Source: Amoeboradix gromovi X-113 (taxonomy: Eukaryota; Fungi; Sanchytriomycota). From it: a stretch of 5,225 nt of DNA. The notes beneath the pieces are model-generated. The model was not told the DNA's origin, did not search any database, and saw nothing but the letters and a program-made list of their open reading frames with translations. Location: the NCBI GenBank assembly GCA_018985225.1, contig JADGIF010000680.1, positions 1-5,225 on the forward strand, given 5' to 3'. Made by a program: the position numbers and the translations under genes. Shown here one piece after another: positions 1-5,225 of the stretch (its first letter is position 1; each line of letters opens with the position of its first letter).

Positions 1-1
1 C

Positions 2-55
2 CGAAACCAGAGAAGTCTAGAAAATGAGTATAATGGAGCGCCAGAGCTCATTTAA
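2..55 (+). other. Possible 3' end of a gene entering from the left edge
   Basis: Frame 2 is open from the window edge to TAA 53-55 (RNQRSLENEYNGAPELI*) and is followed by an AT-rich spacer. At 18 codons it is too short to distinguish from chance. Confidence 0.2.
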
Positions 56-100
56 TGTCGATATTTAATTTTATTCAGTTAAACTTCACAACCTTTCCGT

Positions 101-333
101 TCAGATCGGCAGGATCGGTTCAGAGCCTCTTTCAAAAACATAGTTATAAGCTCTGCTTAAATAAGTTTGCTCTTGATTTGTGTTCCAGAGTCCTAGGCTT
201 CCATATTTAAAGTACGTTTTACCTTCATCAGATTTTGAAGTTTCGTTTGCGCTATCCATTGTTGCCAGACATTTCTGCGCTTCAAAATCCAACATGCTGC
301 AATAGGTACCTTCGATACAGTCTAATAGTTGTA
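101..333 (-). other. Candidate terminal exon of an unidentified minus-strand gene (includes track ORF 101..295)
   Basis: The frame is open from 343 to the TGA at 101-103 (QLLDCIEGTYCSMLDFEAQKCLATM...EPILPI*). Upstream lies a branch-point-like GCTAAT (346-351) and a TAG acceptor (334-336); downstream lies a minus-strand AATAAA at 70-75. No recognisable domain. Confidence 0.3.
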
Positions 334-999
334 CTATTTGTATTCATTAGCTACAGGTTTGATTGGAATCGCCAAGTATTATTAATTAATTTGCAAGCAA
401 TTGGAATAATTTTAAAATTTGTGGTCTATTATTAAGTTTGCCTAATCTAGAAAAGAAGGGTGTCACAAACTTGTAAAGAATAAAGCGCAGCTCAGTTTTG
501 TAGCTGCATATAAATTCCAAGTTTAAGCCACTTATTGGGTACGTGAAAGAAAGGCTGCGAGTACAGTGATGCAACCATGGATCCTGAATAATTCAATGGC
601 ACCTGCTGTGCCCATAACTGGCGTAACCAAAGCAAACCACTTTTTACGTTCTTTCACTTTCTCACATCTTGTTTTCTCTTTCTATTACCATTTTATAGGT
701 ACTCGGCTAATACATAGCCCAATAACCACTCTTTACACCAGATCCAGCGCTTCCGTTTCCCAAACAGGGCCATAATAGCTTGTTTGATCTAATTTATTCT
801 TGATGAGTTTGATATAAAAGCAAAATTGTTACTAATCGCAAATATTTTGAAGTTCGTGTTTTAAATTGCAATATTACTACTTAACCATGGGTGTGAAATT
901 TCAGTCCGATATTATTACAAAGATTTGAGGAAACGAAAAAGAAATCTAGTGAAACTGCGTCTTTCGAGATCTATGCGCAAACAAGCTGTTATAAAATGA

Positions 1000-1179
1000 A
1001 ATGGAGCATTTCCTACTGATCCTGAGGATAAGGCAAAAAAATATTCAAGTCGTGCAAAACGCCTTCAAAGAATTGCGAGAAAGGCAAGGCAGTTAGCCCA
1101 ATCCAAAAGAGTTATACCAGGCGAGGAAGAAGAGAGCCCTCCCTTTGAGAAAGACTACCACGGACAACCGACTAGTTAA
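1000..1179 (+). other. Candidate terminal exon or gene fragment of a basic protein, convergent with leuA
   Basis: Stop-free frame NGAFPTDPEDKAKKYSSRAKRLQRIARKARQLAQSKRVIPGEEEESPPFEKDYHGQPTS* ending at TAA 1177-1179. It is purine-rich, protein-like in composition, and followed by AATAAA at 1201-1206. There is no ATG in the segment and I recognise no homology. Confidence 0.35.
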
Positions 1180-1200
1180 CAGGGTTACACCAGCTAGACT

Positions 1201-1232
1201 AATAAACATGACTTTTCAAAACTGTATTTATT
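1201..1232. terminator. Opposed polyadenylation-signal-like hexamers in a convergent 3' spacer
   Basis: AATAAA on + at 1201-1206 and AATAAA on - at 1227-1232, the latter overlapping the tandem TAA TAA stop of leuA. No GC hairpin with a U-tract (bacterial terminator) is seen. These hexamers are common in AT-rich DNA. Confidence 0.35.
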
Positions 1233-2832
1233 ATATTTCATTCGACAGCTCCCTTACTCCATTACCGTCTCTTGCAGTCTTCACTCTGGATATTGCTTTT
1301 ATGTATGCATTTGCGCTAGCTATGAGCACATCCACATCCGTTGCGTGCCCTCCCACTATGATGCTCTTTCCATTCACTACGGCCCTGACCTTTAGACTGA
1401 CCTGACCTATACTATCTCCACCCTGGGTTATGCTATGCACCTGATAGCTCTCCAGTTCGACTTTTATGTCGTCAATTGCCGTGATTCGATCTATGCACGT
1501 GAATATTGCACTCAATGCGCCGTTCCTGCTCACGGCTGCGTCTGCTATAACATCCGCACTGCCTACTTTCGTCAACTCCAAGCTGACGGTGCTTAACGCA
1601 GAGGTGCCTGCCACTATCTGCAATGATTTCAGAGTGTATGCATCCACGCTCTCCCCGCCGGTCAGCAGAGATATCAGATCATCGTCGTTGATGTTCTTTT
1701 TATGGTCTGCAAGCTTCTTAAACCGGACAAAAATGCTGTTTATCTCTGCCTCATCCAAAACATAGCCGAGGTCGGCAACCCGGGCTTTCAGTGCGTTCCT
1801 GCCGCTGTGTTTGCCCAGAACTATATTGTTCTTGGGGATGCCTACTGCCTCGGGGTTGATGATCTCGTAGGTGCCAGAGTGCTTGAGCATGCCATCCTGG
1901 TGGATCCCGCTTTCATGAGCAAAAGCGTTCTTCCCTATTATAGCCTTGTTTGACTGCACCTGCATGCCTGTCAGAGTCAAAACTAGCTGCGAGGTTGCAT
2001 AGAGTTGGCGGGTGTTTATGTTGCAGAAAACATTCAAAGAATGGACACACAGAATCATAGCTATTTCCTCGAGTGCTGTGTTGCCAGCTCTCTCGCCTAT
2101 GCCATTTACTGTTACCTCTACCTGCCTAGCACCGCTACTGATGCCTGCAATGGTGTTCGCAGTAGCCAAGCCCAGATCGTCGTGGCAGTGGCAGGACCAG
2201 ATAACACTGCTGCTGTTAGCTGTGTTTTTTATGAGATACGCAATCAGCTCACCATATTGAGCCGGGGTCATGTACCCTACAGTATCAGGTATGTTGACAG
2301 TCGTAGCACCTGCCCGGATAACCAGGTTGAGCAGAGCACACAAAAAGTCTTTGTCGCTGCGTGCAGCATCTTCGCAGCTAAACTCAACGTCATCGACCAG
2401 CGACTTGGCATACTCAACTGCATGCACAGCTCTGGTGATGCACTCGTCCCTAGATATCTTCAGCTTGTACTCCAAGTGGAGATCTGACGTGGCTAAAAAT
2501 GTATGTATGCGCTTCTTTGGCGCAGACTTTATAGCATTGTACGCAGTGAGAATGTCTCTATCAGTTGCTCGGGCTAAGGCACATATTGTCATTGGCTCTT
2601 TCCTGTTTTCCATCAGGGGCCCTACAGTCTCAGCTATGGCAGCCACGCTCTCAAAGTCTCCGCCACTTGCGACTGGAAATCCTGCTTCACAGACATCCAC
2701 TCCCAAAAACGACAACTGTTTGGCTATTCTGATCTTTTCAGCTTTATCTAGCGTGACCCCAGGGCTTTGCTCACCATCTCTCAGCGTGGTATCAAATATG
2801 ATCAACCGTTGCTTGGTGTCTACACCCGTCAT
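1231..2832 (-). CDS. leuA: 2-isopropylmalate synthase (alpha-IPM synthase, EC 2.3.3.13), bacterial/plant-type LeuA, 533 aa from the first in-frame ATG
   Basis: The translation carries the DRE-TIM metallolyase/LeuA motifs in the right order: IIFDTTLRDGEQSPG, EAGFP, RIHTFLATSDLHLEYKL, VEFSCEDAARS, TVNIPDTVG, the metal-binding HCHDDLGLATAN, NGIGERAGN, AFAHESGIHQDG and LGKHSGR, followed by a regulatory domain ending DVLIASANAYIKAI. The ORF track starts at TTG 2919, but the first ATG is at 2832 (MTGVDTKQRLIIFDTT), about 12 residues before the first conserved motif, as expected for LeuA. The stop is TAA at 1231-1233. The exact start is less certain than the identity. Confidence 0.96.
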   Translation of the reverse strand: MTGVDTKQRLIIFDTTLRDGEQSPGVTLDKAEKIRIAKQLSFLGVDVCEAGFPVASGGDFESVAAIAETVGPLMENRKEPMTICALARATDRDILTAYNAIKSAPKKRIHTFLATSDLHLEYKLKISRDECITRAVHAVEYAKSLVDDVEFSCEDAARSDKDFLCALLNLVIRAGATTVNIPDTVGYMTPAQYGELIAYLIKNTANSSSVIWSCHCHDDLGLATANTIAGISSGARQVEVTVNGIGERAGNTALEEIAMILCVHSLNVFCNINTRQLYATSQLVLTLTGMQVQSNKAIIGKNAFAHESGIHQDGMLKHSGTYEIINPEAVGIPKNNIVLGKHSGRNALKARVADLGYVLDEAEINSIFVRFKKLADHKKNINDDDLISLLTGGESVDAYTLKSLQIVAGTSALSTVSLELTKVGSADVIADAAVSRNGALSAIFTCIDRITAIDDIKVELESYQVHSITQGGDSIGQVSLKVRAVVNGKSIIVGGHATDVDVLIASANAYIKAISRVKTARDGNGVRELSNEI

Positions 2833-3190
2833 TTGTTTCAAAAAGACATTTCGGAACCACCGATGCTTACTCAAGCTAGAGGGGGAACCTCGCTCCAAGC
2901 AGCGGCATCTGGTATTCAAGGTAGAATTGCAAAGTGGCGAGAAGAAAGTTGCATAATGTTTATTTTAGGTCCGTATTACTTCCTGTCTACGCAATTGTGC
3001 TACTGCTAGACATCGGCACACATAAGGAGCTCCCTAGGACTCTCTCGTATTACATCTGCTTGGTCCTTGAACATATCCGATGATTGTGATCAGGAATGAG
3101 CAATGGAGCATTGACAGTCCATCTTGTGTATTTCTCTACATGGTATAGCATCCGCGCACTGCTATGAAATGATAACAGTAACTCGTATTC

Positions 3191-4321
3191 CTACTTTCTG
3201 AGCTTGTAGTAAGTCTCACCGTCATAAGAATAGACATTCATCAAATCGTTTTCATAGAGCCCATATACCACAGCGTCTGCTATACGCTCATTCTCGTGTT
3301 CATCTATTAGCAGTGCTGAGATGGCCGGGCTCCTAAAGTTCTTTACAACGTTCATAAACACCGATCTTTTCTTGTACTGTAGTTGAAAAGCGGATTTCAA
3401 TGCACTGTGCACATCCACCAATATACCGTTGCTTATCTTTATATCACTGCCAGGAGATTTCAAATCAAATCTGAATCTACGAGGAATAGCGACTGCAAAT
3501 CTATCACAGCTGACGGCATCCAGTTTGTCTGAGCGGAAGAGGTCATCATATACCATCTGAAAGACATGCGCAACATCCACGTCCTCCTCGTAATACTTCT
3601 GGCTAGTCTTGATAAAGACTGAAGATGTGGCTATCGAGTTGCGAAGTGACTCCATTTTATACGCTTTGCCAACAGCATAGGATCTTGTAGTCTGCTGATA
3701 CAGCATGCCAAATTGTTTCTTGAGTTCCAAGTAAAAATCCAAAGTCATTCCACTTAGTGAATCTATTGAAGGGTGATCGAACATCACTTCCTTGAAGAGG
3801 TTCCTCATAGAATTCAGACTGGACTTTGACTTTGCATCCAGAGCATCACACCTGCTCAGCTTTTGAGCAAAATATCCACATGAAGGATCTATTTGCAGCG
3901 CCTTGGTGCAGATTATGCGTAATTTATCAAAGTCAAATCTTCGCTCTTCAATCACACATAAACGCACATATGCTTTGATGCACTTTGAGTCCATTCTCAA
4001 TGCCAGCTCTGCTTGTGTTTCTGCACTCGCAAGCTCACCCAGCTCTGTCATCACATATGACAAATTGCACAAGGACCTCACCTTGGTGCCCTTATCAGCT
4101 GTCGAGTTGCTGCAATATAAGTATGTGCTCTTTGCCCTGAGCAATTCATCTGTCCTGGTAAATTCTTTTGCAGCGTCCATGTAGTCTGCTAATCTATCCT
4201 CTAGCTCGAGTTTATCTGACGTGGCCAGCAGTATCTTGTCAGCGCTGGGGTCTTCCACTTCGCTGGGCTCTCCGCCACTTTTCAAATACGATTCTGATAA
4301 TTCCAAGTGTTTTACCGTCAT
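3191..4321 (-). CDS. TPR-repeat-containing protein (about 3 TPRs near the N-terminus, uncharacterised C-terminal ~220 aa), 376 aa from the first ATG
   Basis: Open frame of 387 codons. The segment SLCNLSYVMTELGELASAETQAELALRMDSKCIKAYVRLCVIEERRFDFDKLRIICTKALQIDPS fits two consecutive 34-aa TPRs, with AL-x-x-D-[SP] turns exactly 34 residues apart. A weaker repeat precedes them (LADYMDAAKEF...AKSTY). The track start is GTG 4354; the first ATG (4321) lies in a Kozak-like context, GCAACCATGA. The stop is TAG at 3191-3193. Confidence 0.8.
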   Translation of the reverse strand: MTVKHLELSESYLKSGGEPSEVEDPSADKILLATSDKLELEDRLADYMDAAKEFTRTDELLRAKSTYLYCSNSTADKGTKVRSLCNLSYVMTELGELASAETQAELALRMDSKCIKAYVRLCVIEERRFDFDKLRIICTKALQIDPSCGYFAQKLSRCDALDAKSKSSLNSMRNLFKEVMFDHPSIDSLSGMTLDFYLELKKQFGMLYQQTTRSYAVGKAYKMESLRNSIATSSVFIKTSQKYYEEDVDVAHVFQMVYDDLFRSDKLDAVSCDRFAVAIPRRFRFDLKSPGSDIKISNGILVDVHSALKSAFQLQYKKRSVFMNVVKNFRSPAISALLIDEHENERIADAVVYGLYENDLMNVYSYDGETYYKLRK

Positions 4322-4381
4322 GGTTGCGTGCCCCTTGTCGATAAGTGTCGCCACAAGTGCAAGTTAGCCAACTTTTCTGAG

Positions 4382-4389
4382 CTCTTATA
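4382..4389 (-). promoter_or_regulatory. TATA-like element (TATAAGAG) about 60 nt upstream of the TPR gene ATG
   Basis: Sequence match and position only. Confidence 0.2.
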
Positions 4390-5225
4390 GTCGCAAAAAC
4401 ATCTTTACGCGGACTATTAGCACACTGGGGTGTGCGCATTGTAAACAATCGAAAATACAGCGACCACCGGACAATAAAAAAGAACTTGTCAGTTTGAGTG
4501 GATTTGCTTTATTCCGAGGCAGGAAATTAGCCCTTTATCGAGGAGTTCTGGCTGCTAAAACACTTGTGGTAATCCATTTCCTGATTGTAGAAGTAAAAGC
4601 GTTGGAGCAAATGGAATCATTTACAAATCATCCTTTTCAAATGTTTGGTTCTCAAATTATATTGAGTTATTGAAGTATCACTGCTTGATTGAGGAGCAAT
4701 AGATTTATTAAGTTATATAGTTGTGGTGAGAAAAAGTAAACTTGCCTGTAATTTTCTTCCTATATAGTGATCAAAAGCAATACGGGAAAGAAAAAAAGCA
4801 TATCTCGGCAAAACGCACTTGTGTCAGTATCCACTTGCCTTTTCTATTAGTGTTAACATTAAGAACCATTAAAAAATTAAAAGTGCTTTGAATATACAGC
4901 CTGTTTATTCATTTGTTCTTTATTTGTCCTATAACAGAATTGCAGGGGTACTGTAATACCTGTGTTTGCGTCCAAGTTACTAGGTGGAGAAAAATTGAAA
5001 TAATAGTATCTGACAAGTAATTACAGTCCTGTATCAATCCCATTATAACGAACGGTCTCCATACAAGCACTTTAAAGCCTGTCCAAAATAATAACATATG
5101 GGACATCAAATATAAAAACTGGACTAACTTTCTATAACAACTTGGAACATTATTTCAGCTTTATTAATTTTATGGATTTAAGAGGCGAGTGGACATTCAG
5201 CTAGTTGCGGAGTTGACGAGTATAA

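Noticed and set aside
235-775. + strand ORFs 235..435 and 566..775
   Set aside because: Short, non-ATG track starts, compositions typical of AT-rich non-coding or antisense DNA, and no homology recognised.
2851-2863. TCGG-AACCA-CCGA inverted CGG triplets just upstream of leuA, considered as a Leu3/Zn2Cys6 site
   Set aside because: Orientation and spacing (CGG-N5-CCG) differ from the Leu3 everted CCG-N4-CGG site. It is only about 20 nt from the ATG, and a 4-bp inverted repeat is expected by chance.
2270-2956. 228-aa + strand ORF, and the smaller + ORFs 1145..1405, 1466..1765, 1702..1953, 2005..2487, 2012..2260 and 2767..3009
   Set aside because: Antisense shadows of the well-supported leuA coding sequence, with no recognisable motifs.
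3145-3165. ATAGCA-N9-TGCTAT hairpin downstream of the TPR stop
   Set aside because: Only a 6-bp AT-rich stem with no U-tract; too weak to call a terminator or structured RNA.
2833-3190. Bacterial leu attenuator or T-box leader upstream of leuA
   Set aside because: No run of four Leu codons with an RBS, no T-box consensus, and no terminator/antiterminator hairpins with a U-tract.
3903-4184. 93-aa + strand ORF
   Set aside because: Lies wholly antisense to the TPR coding region; most likely a shadow ORF.
4239-4448. 69-aa minus-strand ORF overlapping the TPR gene start out of frame (ATG at 4439)
   Set aside because: No recognisable motif. It starts upstream of the TATA-like element, so it is probably outside the transcript. 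It cannot be excluded as an overlapping uORF, but nothing supports it.
4368-4673. Stop-free + frame of about 102 codons, divergent from the TPR gene
   Set aside because: No ATG until the last quarter, and no motif or splice-supported model.
1-5225. Window-wide alternative genetic code (TAA/TAG=Gln) to explain the broken flanking frames
   Set aside because: The two long genes have no internal TAA or TAG across more than 900 codons and end in TAA and TAG. Long frames under a one-stop code are expected by chance.
1-5225. CRISPR array, tRNA/rRNA, transposase/integrase or terminal inverted repeats
   Set aside because: No regularly spaced repeats, cloverleaf or rRNA signatures, or mobile-element motifs were visible on either strand by eye.

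Overview
The window holds two solid, co-oriented minus-strand genes. One is an apparently uninterrupted 2-isopropylmalate synthase (LeuA, bacterial/plant type, with catalytic DRE-TIM barrel and C-terminal regulatory domain; about 1231-2832). The other is a ~376-aa protein with an N-terminal TPR triad and an unrecognised C-terminal region (about 3191-4321). The context looks like a compact eukaryotic genome (or possibly a large eukaryotic virus) rather than a bacterium: no leuB/C/D neighbours, no Shine-Dalgarno sequence, an ACCATG start context on the TPR gene, AATAAA hexamers at putative 3' ends, and AT-rich flanks (1-1200, 4400-5225) containing only broken, protein-like reading frames. I found no RNA gene, mobile element, CRISPR array or substantial repeat. 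I cannot support a claim of a new multi-gene system. The most interesting leads are the leuA 5' region (three short upstream ORFs, an open N-terminal extension resembling a targeting peptide, and a candidate intron), the origin of this stand-alone leuA, and the orphan TPR protein.
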